DNA of 37,795 nucleotides, from assembly GCA_044450345.1 (NCBI GenBank), contig JBIOIY010000030.1, forward strand, positions 1 through 37,795. The letters are read 5' to 3'. Shown piece by piece: positions 26,009 through 35,323 of the stretch; within the stretch, counting starts at the first letter, position 1; each line of letters starts with the position of its first letter. The stretch is from Thermodesulfovibrionales bacterium. Its GTDB lineage: Bacteria; Nitrospirota; Thermodesulfovibrionia; Thermodesulfovibrionales; UBA6898. The translations under genes were made by a program, and so were the position numbers. The notes below the pieces were generated by a model. The model worked only from the letters and a program-made list of their open reading frames with translations. It searched no databases and was not told the origin of the DNA.

Positions 26009-27743
26009 TATCGCGGCCTTCTTTGTTACTGAGAAGGGCCGGCTTCTCGCCGAGAGGCTGAAGGGGCTTTATCCCGATCTGGAGATAATAACGTTTTCGG
26101 CGGGCGCCGCAAAAAAAAAGTGGGATGAATGTAAGAGCTTTATCTTCATCATGGCGGCGGGTATCGTGGTCCGGACAATCGGGCCTCTCATAAAGGATAA
26201 GAGGTCCGACCCGGCGGTCGTTGTGCTCGATGAAAACGGCAAATATGCCGTCAGCCTCCTGAGCGGTCATCTCGGCGGCGCGAATGAGAGGGCGAGGGAG
26301 ATCGCAGGTTTTCTCAAGGGTGAAGCAATCGTTACCACGGCATCCGACGTGAACGGACTCACGTCGATCGACCTCTGGGCGCGGGACAATGGTCTCGTGA
26401 TCGAGGACTGGAAGCTTCTCCCCCGCACCGGCACCTTTCTCGTAAACAGAGGAAGTCTTAATGTCTATACCGACATCGAGATCGCACTGCCTGATGAGTT
26501 TGTGAAGGTGGCCGACCCCGCAGCTGCCGACCTGCTTATTACTCACACGAAATCGCTTTCCTCTGAATCCGGCCTTTACCTTAGACCGAAGGATCTCTTC
26601 GTCGGCATCGGCTGTAACAGGGGGACTTCGGCAGGCGAGATCGAGGCAGCGGTCAGAAACGTGCTCGATAAGTATAATTTCTCGTTTTCGTCGGTCCGCT
26701 CGATCGCGACGATAGATTTGAAGGCTGAAGAGCCGGGGATGAAGGTATTCGTAAAAAAATGTTCTTTCGGCCTTCTGTCTTTTCGGCCTGAAGAACTTAA
26801 TAATGTGAGCGGCGTAGCGTGGTCCGATTCTGCTTTTAGGGCCACGGGGGCGAAGGCGGTGGCGGAGCCTTCCGCCCTGCTGGCGGCTGGCGCGGAAATG
26901 CTCCTTGTCCCAAAACAGAAAATAGGCAATGTAACCGTGGCGGTAGCGGAAATTAAAAGAGGAGTGAAGAAGGTGGAGAAAGAGAAAGCTTTAGGAAAAA
27001 TTTATGTTGTGGGTACCGGGCCGGGATATGTCGAACATATCACTCCTTACGCCCAGCAGGCGATCCGGGAATCGGATACCATCGTGGGCTATGGCACCTA
27101 TACCGGGCTCATTCAAGAAATTATCAGGGACAAGATGGTCTTCTCGACCGGTATGACCCAGGAGATCGACAGGTGCAGGAAAGCCGTTGAACTGGCACTC
27201 AGCGGCAAGACAGTTTCCGTGATAAGCGGCGGAGACCCCGGGATATACGCGATGGCAGGGCTGGTTTTTGAACTTCTGAAAGAACGTGACGGCGGCACAC
27301 CATTGCCCCACGTCGAGGTGATACCAGGCATTTCGGCGCTGAACGCCTGCGCAGCAAGGCTCGGAGCGCCGCTGATGCACGACTTCGCTTCCATAAGCCT
27401 TTCCGATAGGCTTACACCCTGGGACCTTATAGAAAAAAGGCTCGATGCCGCAGCAATGGCCGATTTCGTTATTATTCTTTATAACCCCAAGAGCAAGGGC
27501 AGGGCAGGGCATATTGCGAGGGCGAGGGAGATCGTCATGAAGCACCGGTCGCCTGAAACACCTGTGGGGATCGTCAAAGGGGCGATGCGTGAAGATGAAA
27601 AGATCGTCCTCGCGGACCTCGGGACAATGGTCGACCACGAGATCGATATGCAGACGACCGTGATCATAGGCAATTCGAAGACCTTTTTCTGGAACAACTT
27701 GATGATCACGCCCCGGGGATATGAAAACAAGTTCAAATCCTGA
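25992..27743 (+). CDS. cbiGH: CbiG (cobalt-precorrin-5A hydrolase)-CbiH (precorrin-3B C17-methyltransferase) fusion
   Basis: DPAVVV...SLLSGH.GGAN, TTASD, GIGC, VAEPSA (CbiG), then VGTGPG, SGGDPGIYAMAG, SLSDRLTPW, YNPKS, TPRGY (CbiH). Confidence 0.94.
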   Translation: MGTGNNIAAFFVTEKGRLLAERLKGLYPDLEIITFSAGAAKKKWDECKSFIFIMAAGIVVRTIGPLIKDKRSDPAVVVLDENGKYAVSLLSGHLGGANERAREIAGFLKGEAIVTTASDVNGLTSIDLWARDNGLVIEDWKLLPRTGTFLVNRGSLNVYTDIEIALPDEFVKVADPAAADLLITHTKSLSSESGLYLRPKDLFVGIGCNRGTSAGEIEAAVRNVLDKYNFSFSSVRSIATIDLKAEEPGMKVFVKKCSFGLLSFRPEELNNVSGVAWSDSAFRATGAKAVAEPSALLAAGAEMLLVPKQKIGNVTVAVAEIKRGVKKVEKEKALGKIYVVGTGPGYVEHITPYAQQAIRESDTIVGYGTYTGLIQEIIRDKMVFSTGMTQEIDRCRKAVELALSGKTVSVISGGDPGIYAMAGLVFELLKERDGGTPLPHVEVIPGISALNACAARLGAPLMHDFASISLSDRLTPWDLIEKRLDAAAMADFVIILYNPKSKGRAGHIARAREIVMKHRSPETPVGIVKGAMREDEKIVLADLGTMVDHEIDMQTTVIIGNSKTFFWNNLMITPRGYENKFKS

Positions 27744-29049
27744 GAAGAGTACGACGAGCAAGGTTGCGTTTCTTTGGGACGAATCATTTCTCTGGGGGGT
27801 GATGTCCTACAAGGCGCTTCGCGCCAATGGTCTTTCCTTTGATCTCTTTCGTTCCGAAGACATTAGAAGGGGAAAGCTCAAAGACTATTCTCTGCTCTTT
27901 GTTGCCGGGGGATGGGCATCGAATAAACTGAAATCCCTTGGTGATGACGGGGTCTCGGAGATAAAAAAGTTTGTCCGCAGGGGAGGCAATTATCTCGGAT
28001 TTTGCGGCGGCGCCGGTCTCGCTACCCTTGATGGGATGGGTCTTGTAAATGTGAGGAGAAAACCGACGAAGGAGAGGGTCCCGAGTTTCAGCGGAAGGAT
28101 ACGTCTCGATCTAATAGAACACCCGATATGGAAAGCCATCCGGGAAGGCGGGCCTAAAGGGGGGGGTAATTCTTCATCTCAAATCTTTCAGGCATGGTGG
28201 CCCTCCCAGTTCCTGGTAGAAGGGGAAGAGACCAAGATCCTTGCGACCTATCGCGATGCGCTGCCCGATTCCTTTAGCGCGGACTTGAATGTCGGAGATA
28301 CGGAGGCAGCCGGCAGCTGGGATAAAATGGAAAAGATCTACGGGATCAAACTCGATCCTGACCGGTTACGCAACGACCCTGCTGTTTTAGAGGGAAAATA
28401 TGGGGAAGGCCGTGTCATTCTTTCACTCATTCACTTCGATACCCCCGGGGACGAGAACGGGCCGGTCGTGCTCGGGAATTTATGGGAATATCTCGCCGGA
28501 GAGAAGTCCGAAAGGCGTGAATGCGGAAATCATCCGCAAAACGCAGCGGGCCTTAGCGAACCTGCTGTTTATGTTGATCTGATGAAGGCGGTTCACGAAT
28601 TCGAAGCCGAAGTCGGGGAATTGATCTCCCTCGGTATGAGGAATTTTCTCTGGTTCTGGAGAAACCCTATGCTCTTACAGTGGCGGAGGGGAGTCAGAGG
28701 TCTTGAATACTGTACTCTGTACATAATGATAAGGGAGATCGCCGAAATCATGCGCATAAAAAAGGCCCCCTGGGCTGGTGACGTTACATCGCGGCTCGAA
28801 AGGGGGTTGGGTGTCGCGAGATCTCTTCTTAACCCCTTTATTAAAGACGCGAAAAGGCTGATCATTATGGAGAGGTTCGCTTTGCAAAACGGGCATATCA
28901 CCTATGACAGATGCGAAGATCCCGAAATCAAGAAGATCAGGATGGAGCTCTTTTCGCATTCGAAGAGCTATGGCGGATTATTCAAAGACGTGATCAATGA
29001 AATCGATCGGGTCTTATTCATGCTGATATGTCCCGCTGCGAATAAATAG
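27721..29049 (+). CDS. Uncharacterised BPL_N / class I glutamine amidotransferase-like protein
   Basis: LFVAGG...IKKFVRRGGNYLGFCGGAG nucleophile elbow and GEGRVILSLIHFD. Overlaps cbiGH by 23 nt. Confidence 0.7.
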   Translation: MKTSSNPEKSTTSKVAFLWDESFLWGVMSYKALRANGLSFDLFRSEDIRRGKLKDYSLLFVAGGWASNKLKSLGDDGVSEIKKFVRRGGNYLGFCGGAGLATLDGMGLVNVRRKPTKERVPSFSGRIRLDLIEHPIWKAIREGGPKGGGNSSSQIFQAWWPSQFLVEGEETKILATYRDALPDSFSADLNVGDTEAAGSWDKMEKIYGIKLDPDRLRNDPAVLEGKYGEGRVILSLIHFDTPGDENGPVVLGNLWEYLAGEKSERRECGNHPQNAAGLSEPAVYVDLMKAVHEFEAEVGELISLGMRNFLWFWRNPMLLQWRRGVRGLEYCTLYIMIREIAEIMRIKKAPWAGDVTSRLERGLGVARSLLNPFIKDAKRLIIMERFALQNGHITYDRCEDPEIKKIRMELFSHSKSYGGLFKDVINEIDRVLFMLICPAANK

Positions 29050-29220
29050 TTCAGATTGTATAAGTGATCAGCTTGAGCAAATTAGTGTAAGAGTCAATCG
29101 ATGCTTCTGCCTATTTCCCCCGGACCTCACAATCAGGAAGCGCGGGCGTGCCGGACAAAATTCGCGCATCCGGCGGCCGGTCGTGATATAATTCATGATA
29201 TCATTTGAGGAGGCTTTGCC

Positions 29221-29439
29221 ATGGCAAAACGTGCAGGCGCTTACAAAAGCGAAAAGAGGAAAAAAGAGTTGATGCGTCAGAAGAAACAGGACGAGAAGAG
29301 GAAGAGGCGGTTATACAAGGCGGACGGGACGCCGCAAGATGCTGAGGGTATGGAGCAGGCTGAGGGTTCGGAGCAGACAGAAGGTCAGGAGCCGGCAGTT
29401 ACAGATGAGGCCGCTGCCGAAAGCGAGCCGAAAGAGTAG
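29221..29439 (+). CDS. Small hypothetical protein with basic N-terminus and acidic C-terminus
   Basis: GAGGAGG RBS and extended -10 TGATATAAT at 29184-29192. Confidence 0.7.
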   Translation: MAKRAGAYKSEKRKKELMRQKKQDEKRKRRLYKADGTPQDAEGMEQAEGSEQTEGQEPAVTDEAAAESEPKE

Positions 29440-29450
29440 CCTGCAGAAAG

Positions 29451-29798
29451 TCAACCGGGAGGCCAGTGCATATGTCTTCCGCCCAGAATGTGGATATGGA
29501 CATGATACACGGTCTGGCCTGCCTCCGGATTCGTGTTTACCACCAGACGGAAGCCCCTTTCCGCGATTCCTTTCCCCTTAGCGATTTTTCCTGCCGTCCG
29601 GAATAAATGCCCGATGAGCGCGTTGTCTCCGTCTTCTATGTCGAGGGTTGTAGAAATATGTTTTTTGGGGACAACCAGGGTATGCACAGGGGCCTGGGGG
29701 TTTATGTCATCAAATGCCAATACGCGTTCATCTTCATAGACGATCTTTGCCGGGACCTTCTTTGAGACTATTCTGCAAAACAAACAATCAGCCATCAT
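29451..29798 (-). CDS. Histidine triad (HIT) nucleotide-binding protein
   Basis: DCLFCRI, DINPQAPVH, GQTVYHVHIHILGG; start may be 29798 or 29795. Confidence 0.95.
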   Translation of the reverse strand: MMADCLFCRIVSKKVPAKIVYEDERVLAFDDINPQAPVHTLVVPKKHISTTLDIEDGDNALIGHLFRTAGKIAKGKGIAERGFRLVVNTNPEAGQTVYHVHIHILGGRHMHWPPG

Positions 29799-30084
29799 GC
29801 GTACCCTTTTTACCGAACCTGTCCCTGAGTTCTGCAAAGACTTCCTCGTGGCCTACTCCTTCATCCGCCATGAGGACGAGGCAATGAAACCACAGGTCGG
29901 CCATCTCGCCTATGATTTGTTTTTTGTCCCCGGTCTTTGAGGCGATGATCACCTCAATCGATTCTTCGCCGATCTTCTTCAGTATCTCGTCCTTTCCTTT
30001 TGAGAGGAGCGAGGAAACGTAGGAATCCGTACCGGGGTTCTTTTTTCTTTCAAGGATTATTTGGTAAATATCATCAAATATCAT
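29788..30084 (-). CDS. hisE: Phosphoribosyl-ATP pyrophosphatase
   Basis: SY...L...ILKKIGEE..EVIIA...EMADLWFH. Confidence 0.95.
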   Translation of the reverse strand: MIFDDIYQIILERKKNPGTDSYVSSLLSKGKDEILKKIGEESIEVIIASKTGDKKQIIGEMADLWFHCLVLMADEGVGHEEVFAELRDRFGKKGTHDG

Positions 30085-30092
30085 AGTCGTAA

Positions 30093-30172
30093 CTATCAGC
30101 CGTCAGCATTCAGCGATCTGCTTTCGGCCAGATGCAAAAATCTCTGCAGTTGCTGACAGCTGATCGCTGACA
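30093..30172. repeat. Intergenic inverted heptamer arrays (TCAGC/GCTGA cores) between hisI and hisE
   Basis: CTATCAG CCGTCAG CATTCAG CGATCTG ... GCTGACA GCTGATC GCTGACA. Confidence 0.65.
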
Positions 30173-30173
30173 G

Positions 30174-30548
30174 CTATTCTTTCTTCCCATAGACATCTTC
30201 CGCCGAAAAAACTTTTTCTTCGATCTCTCCGCCCTCGATATCGGTGAAGAAGCAGGACCTGTGGCCGGTGTGGCAGGCGCCGGGCCCCCTCTGTATCACC
30301 TTAATAAGTAGTGTGTCTCTGTCGCAGTCTAAGAGGATCGTCTTGACCTCCTGCACATGCCCCGAAGATTCGCCTTTTTTCCAGTATTTCTGTCTCGACC
30401 TCGACCAGAAGTGCGTGAACCCGGTGGCGATCGTTTTGCCGAGAGATTCGGAGTTCATGTACGCCATCATCAGCACCTCATTGCTCACCGCGTCCTGCAC
30501 TATCGCAGGAATGAGGCCTCTTTCGTCATATTTGAGATCGGGTAGCAT
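30174..30548 (-). CDS. hisI: Phosphoribosyl-AMP cyclohydrolase
   Basis: [13 protein letters not shown]...W.KGESSG, DCD.D, ACHTG..SCF; GGAGGA RBS before ATG 30548. Confidence 0.96.
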   Translation of the reverse strand: MLPDLKYDERGLIPAIVQDAVSNEVLMMAYMNSESLGKTIATGFTHFWSRSRQKYWKKGESSGHVQEVKTILLDCDRDTLLIKVIQRGPGACHTGHRSCFFTDIEGGEIEEKVFSAEDVYGKKE

Positions 30549-30647
30549 TTGTCCTCCAAAATTGTCAGGTAATATATTTTGCGGTAGTTTGGCGTTGCCG
30601 GTCAAGTTGTTTGTTCCGCAAACATATCAATACAGTGTGGTATTACT

Positions 30648-31415
30648 TCATCGGCCTTCTGCACTGCGGGCTCTGAACTGCTTTAACAGCAGGTACCCTC
30701 CCCAGGAAACCGCACAGATCATCAGTAATGCCCCGAGCGAATGTGAGACTTTTGCTAGGAGATGATCATATTCAAGCAACCCCAATTTGCGGAAGATAAA
30801 TTCCCAGTCGTGATAGTCGTCCACGTCTTTTCCCGTCACACCCCCCAAAAGTATTAATTTGAGGTCTCTCGCATCATTGATATACGGTGCCAGGTCAATA
30901 AGATTTTCTCCCATCCACCATAGGGAGACGGAAGCACCAAAAGTATCCCTTGTCTTAAGAATAAAGGTCAAAAGGCATATCAGCGGCACCAGTAACTGTG
31001 TCAGACTTCCGCCCGCGGTCATCATGAACTGGCCGAACACGCGGAATAATATGTGGCCCGCCTCATGGAAGGGAAGGTTAATGAGATGCAAAAAACTCTC
31101 TCCTGAATAGTTGCTCTCGATAGAAGAAAAAATGAATTTAAGCCCCCAGGAAAAGAGTACTAAAAGAAGAAGGCTCCGACCCAGCAAGGTAAAAATGCCT
31201 GCCCCGGGGTTGACGTAAAAAAACAGTTCTCTGTAATAGCCCGGCGTTTCTTCCGGCCCGTTATGTTCTCCTGCCGGGAAAACAGGTTCGGAACCAGTGA
31301 GCATTTCTTCGGCAGAGGTTTTTCGTTTCGTGAGATATTTCAAAAAAACGATGCCGCATCTATTGCATTCGGTCCCGCCGTCAGGTTGATCAAAGCCGCA
31401 CTTCGGACACCTCAT
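30648..31415 (-). CDS. Zinc-ribbon plus membrane domain protein with HEXXH motif (M50-like)
   Basis: CPKC...CNRC N-terminus, several TM segments, LPFHEAGH, and HDW. Confidence 0.7.
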   Translation of the reverse strand: MRCPKCGFDQPDGGTECNRCGIVFLKYLTKRKTSAEEMLTGSEPVFPAGEHNGPEETPGYYRELFFYVNPGAGIFTLLGRSLLLLVLFSWGLKFIFSSIESNYSGESFLHLINLPFHEAGHILFRVFGQFMMTAGGSLTQLLVPLICLLTFILKTRDTFGASVSLWWMGENLIDLAPYINDARDLKLILLGGVTGKDVDDYHDWEFIFRKLGLLEYDHLLAKVSHSLGALLMICAVSWGGYLLLKQFRARSAEGR

Positions 31416-31582
31416 TGCCGTTACCTTTTTGCAGAGATACGGTAATGGTTTTTTAGCTGACGCATGGACTATTTTAGCAGATAGAGGGTATGCGGCTATA
31501 AGAATATATTGTGAGAGTCAGGCCGTATTATGGAACTGCTATTCTTTAGGCGGTATTTAATGATGCCAAGTTGCGAAACTTC

Positions 31583-31612
31583 TTGACAATGGCGGCCCAT
31601 AACTAATATCAT
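31583..31612 (+). promoter_or_regulatory. Probable sigma70 promoter of the CBS gene
   Basis: TTGACA(31583-31588)-18 nt-TATCAT(31607-31612). Confidence 0.45.
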
Positions 31613-31667
31613 TAAAGATATTCCGTTCACGGAAACCAATGTCCAGATGAAAAAGGAGCGAGCAGAA

Positions 31668-32069
31668 ATGATACCCGCAAAATATATCATGTGTAAGAAA
31701 GCAGCAGTAAATAAAGCCACGTCTGGCAGAGAGATTGTGTATAAGATGATGGGGATAGGTTGCCCTGGTCTTCCCGTCGTCAATGAAGCCTCGGAAGTCA
31801 TAGGCGTCGTGAGTATGTGCGATATTCTTAAGGCAACCCAAGAAAAAGGTGCAGTGATGGATGACATACGTGCAGAACAGGTCATGTCTCATGTGCCGGT
31901 GACAGCCGGTCCGGACACTTCCCGAGAAGATTTGGCAAAGATGATGGTCGAAAATAATTACTCTTTCATCCCTATTGTCAAAGGCAAAAAACTGATTGGG
32001 ATAGTGAGCGGCCGCGAGATAGTTGAAACATATGTGGAACCGCATCTCTACAGCGTTTTCGAAGAATAG
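31668..32069 (+). CDS. CBS-domain pair protein
   Basis: GLPVVN...IGVVS..DI and IPIV....LIGIVS motifs; AAGGAG upstream (alternative start 31647). Confidence 0.88.
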   Translation: MIPAKYIMCKKAAVNKATSGREIVYKMMGIGCPGLPVVNEASEVIGVVSMCDILKATQEKGAVMDDIRAEQVMSHVPVTAGPDTSREDLAKMMVENNYSFIPIVKGKKLIGIVSGREIVETYVEPHLYSVFEE

Positions 32070-32164
32070 ATAATAGTGCAGGGCGAACCCTTACGTAAAT
32101 GTCTCACGGGGAGAACAGGCATTCGCCGGAAGAGAAATAGTATCGGGTGCAGGAAGGCTTCGCG

Positions 32165-32647
32165 CTAGAGCTTGTACCCTATCTTCCTTAAAAACTCTTT
32201 CCTATGCGCTTTGTCTTCAGGCGTCTCCTTGCCCCTCGGGGAGAAGCCGTCTATCACGCCCATCACCCCTCTTCCCTGGGGCGTCTCTGCGACGACCACC
32301 TGCACCGGGTTTGCCGTTGCGCAAAAGATACGGCAGACCTCGGGACAGTTTTTTATCTGGTTTAGGACATTAATCGGGAAGGCGTTTTTGAGGATGATAC
32401 AAAATACGTGGCCCGCGCCCACGGACTCGACGTTTTTCACGCTGGCCTCGACGAGTTCAGGGCTGTTCCCTTCAGTCCTGATGAGACATGGCCCCGACGC
32501 CTCGGTGAAGGCGATGCCGAATTGGGCCTGCGGCACGGCTGTTACGATGATTTCGTAAAGGTCTTCAGCCGTCTTTATGAAGTGGGTCTGGCCTAGTATG
32601 ACATTGCTGTCTGCGGGCATTTCGAGCGTAATAGTCTTTATTTCCAT
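32165..32647 (-). CDS. DUF355 / adenosine-specific kinase family protein
   Basis: NVILGQTHFIKT.EDLYE, FGIAF.EASG, PEVCRIFCATANP, GRGVMGVIDG; GGGAGG RBS before ATG 32647. Confidence 0.85.
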   Translation of the reverse strand: MEIKTITLEMPADSNVILGQTHFIKTAEDLYEIIVTAVPQAQFGIAFTEASGPCLIRTEGNSPELVEASVKNVESVGAGHVFCIILKNAFPINVLNQIKNCPEVCRIFCATANPVQVVVAETPQGRGVMGVIDGFSPRGKETPEDKAHRKEFLRKIGYKL

Positions 32648-32720
32648 GGTTTCCTCCCTGGGTCCCTTAACGATTACTATACATATCGATATGCTATAAT
32701 GAAAATAAATTTTTTCGGAG

Positions 32721-33290
32721 ATGTCAAGTTTTATGTTGCGAATACTCCTCACAATAGCTCTTTTTCTCTCGGTGCTCATCCCCCCTGTGGCCGAAGGTCA
32801 GGAGATATCCGGTCCCGAGGTGAGATTTGCCAACAACGATGTATATGTCAGTTTCTCCCTTGTCCCGGGCGCTAAATACATCGAGGAGATAAAGGATGGG
32901 ATAGACAAGGAGCTAAAACTCTACATAGACCTGTTCAGGGTATGGAAGGTCTGGCCCGACGAGTTTGTTCTGGGGAAGTTTTATTCAAGGAGGATGAAGG
33001 TCGATCCTATCAAAAAGGAATATGTTGCAACATCTTTCGACGGGAATGTCATCATCGAGAGAAGGTTCAGGTCCTTTGAAACGATGCTCGTCTGGACATT
33101 GTCCGTCAAAGACCTGAAACTCACCAACACCCGGGAACTCGAACCCGGGCAATACTTTGTGAGGATCACGGCGGAATCGAAGATAAGGAACCTCCCTCCG
33201 ATGATACGGCAGTTTTTTGTCTTCTTGTCTGAAAACGAATTCAAGGTCAGGAAGGACTCAGGCGTCTTTGTCATCGAGGGCGGCAAATGA
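32721..33290 (+). CDS. DUF4390-family exported protein
   Basis: Signal-peptide-like N-terminus, position directly upstream of an NtrY-like kinase, extended -10 TGCTATAAT at 32692-32700. Confidence 0.7.
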   Translation: MSSFMLRILLTIALFLSVLIPPVAEGQEISGPEVRFANNDVYVSFSLVPGAKYIEEIKDGIDKELKLYIDLFRVWKVWPDEFVLGKFYSRRMKVDPIKKEYVATSFDGNVIIERRFRSFETMLVWTLSVKDLKLTNTRELEPGQYFVRITAESKIRNLPPMIRQFFVFLSENEFKVRKDSGVFVIEGGK

Positions 33291-35323
33291 GAAATGTGCG
33301 GCTTACTCTGCTTATTACCGCGGCGGCACTCTTTATCCTGTCCGTCTTCGGGATAGAAATCCATTATATGAAGCTCGAAAAGGTCCCCTTCTTGACGAAG
33401 GTGGTCCTTTTCATTCTCCTGAATCTGAGCCTGATAGCCCTTCTAGTCCTGATGTTCTTTGTCGGCAAAAGCCTCCTGAATATCTATTTTGAGAGAAAAA
33501 ACAGGGTGCTCGGATATAAATTTAAGACGAAGTTCGTGGTGGTGCTCGTGGTCCTCACGATGATCCCCTCCGCGTTCCTCTTCATAGTGTCGAGCGGGAT
33601 AGTAACGAATTATCTTGACCGGTGGTTTGACCCCCAGGTAAAGCAGCCTTTGAACCTCTCCATAGAGATTGCGAAGTCAGCGTACGAAATGCAGCGGCGC
33701 CAGGCGCTTGCGTTTGCGGAGGCGATCGCCTCGGGCAAGGCCATACCGGAGAATTATTCGGTGCGCCATCTCACTGCAATCCCGGAGGACGCCTCGGACA
33801 CCGTCAGAACAGGCTTTGAGGGGAAAAAGGACGCAGAGGTGATCACGGGTGAGCAGGGAGATATCGTCAGGGCTGTTGCGCCTGAGTTTCGCGGGACGAA
33901 ACAGACAGGGGTGGTGGTGGTCGAATTTCTTATCGGAAGAGATATCAGCAAGAATTCTGAAAAGATAAACGATATGTACAAAAATTATATGACGCTCGAG
34001 TCGTGGAAGACCCCGATAAAGTTAAACTATCTTCTGGTGCTGAGCTTCTTTACCCTGATGACGATATTCATGGCTCTATGGGTGGGACTCAGGATATCCC
34101 GCGGGATTACCGACCCCATCCAGGCGCTTGCCCAGGGGACGGAGCGGGTTGCAAAGGGGGACCTTGAGACCAATATCGATATCCAGAGGGAGGATGAAAT
34201 CGGACTGCTCGTGAGGTCTTTCAACAACATGGTAAAGGAGTTGAGGGAGGGCAAAGAGTCCCTCCAGCGTGCCTGGGCCGAATCCGACAGGAGGAGACTG
34301 ATCATAGAGATCATCCTCGAAAATATTAATTCGGGTGTTATTTATCTCAATGCACCTGGTGAAATCCTTGCCATAAACAGTGCCGCATGCAGGATACTCG
34401 GCGTATCGTCCGGGGAGATACTGGACAAGAATTATTCCGTCCTGCTTACGATGCTCAGGTCTGAGGAACTGAAAGAGACCGTAAAAAACATAAGGGTCAA
34501 TGAGTTCAAAGGCCTCGAAAGGGAGATCAGGGTGACGGTGGGGGACCGCCGTGTCCTGCTGAGGATATTCATTACGACCTTGATGGACGGCCATAATTTC
34601 CTCGGGACCCTTGTCGTCTTCGACGACCTTACCGAGATCGTCAGGGCACAAAAGGCGCTGGCCTGGCAGGAGGTAGCGCGCAGGATCGCACACGAGATAA
34701 AGAACCCGCTTACCCCTATCAAGCTTTCGACGGACCATATGATAAAAAAGTGGCAGAATAAAGATGATGACTTCGGCCAGGTCTTCGACCGTTCTACGAA
34801 AACCATCATTAAGGAAGTGGAGAGCCTGAAAAGGCTGGTCAATGAATTCTCGAGGTTCGGGAAGATGCCGGAGATCCATAAAACACCGGTGCTTATTTCG
34901 CACATCATCGAAGGGGCGGTAAATCTCTACAGGGATTACAAGGGACTTGAAATCACCATCGGAAGGGTGGAAAATGAGCCTGTTGTCGAGGCCGATGCGG
35001 AACAGTTTAAAAGAGTTATAATAAACATCCTGGACAACGCTATACAGGCGATGCAAAACAAAGGAAAGATCATCATTGACATCAGGCATGATATCGCACT
35101 TAACCGTTTATTCATCGACATCGCCGATGACGGTCCCGGCATTCGTGAGGAGGACAGGGAGAAGCTCTTTCTCCCCTATTTCTCTACGAAGAGGGACGGG
35201 ACCGGTCTCGGCCTGGCAATCGCCTCCAGGGTCGTGGCAGAGCACAGGGGGTATATCAGGGTGAAAGACAGTAAGCCCGCAGGAACGATCTTTACGATAG
35301 AACTGCCCGTGAAGGAGGGCTAG
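33287..35323 (+). CDS. ntrY: NtrY-like sensor histidine kinase (TM-HAMP-PAS-HisKA-HATPase)
   Basis: HAMP (DEIGLLVRSFN), PAS, AWQEVARRIAHEIKNPLTPI, DDGPGI, GTGLGLAI. Confidence 0.85.
   Translation: MRNVRLTLLITAAALFILSVFGIEIHYMKLEKVPFLTKVVLFILLNLSLIALLVLMFFVGKSLLNIYFERKNRVLGYKFKTKFVVVLVVLTMIPSAFLFIVSSGIVTNYLDRWFDPQVKQPLNLSIEIAKSAYEMQRRQALAFAEAIASGKAIPENYSVRHLTAIPEDASDTVRTGFEGKKDAEVITGEQGDIVRAVAPEFRGTKQTGVVVVEFLIGRDISKNSEKINDMYKNYMTLESWKTPIKLNYLLVLSFFTLMTIFMALWVGLRISRGITDPIQALAQGTERVAKGDLETNIDIQREDEIGLLVRSFNNMVKELREGKESLQRAWAESDRRRLIIEIILENINSGVIYLNAPGEILAINSAACRILGVSSGEILDKNYSVLLTMLRSEELKETVKNIRVNEFKGLEREIRVTVGDRRVLLRIFITTLMDGHNFLGTLVVFDDLTEIVRAQKALAWQEVARRIAHEIKNPLTPIKLSTDHMIKKWQNKDDDFGQVFDRSTKTIIKEVESLKRLVNEFSRFGKMPEIHKTPVLISHIIEGAVNLYRDYKGLEITIGRVENEPVVEADAEQFKRVIINILDNAIQAMQNKGKIIIDIRHDIALNRLFIDIADDGPGIREEDREKLFLPYFSTKRDGTGLGLAIASRVVAEHRGYIRVKDSKPAGTIFTIELPVKEG

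Noticed and set aside
32076..32164. c-di-GMP-I riboswitch-like GGGCGAACCC
   Set aside because: The downstream conserved elements are missing and it lies between convergent gene ends.
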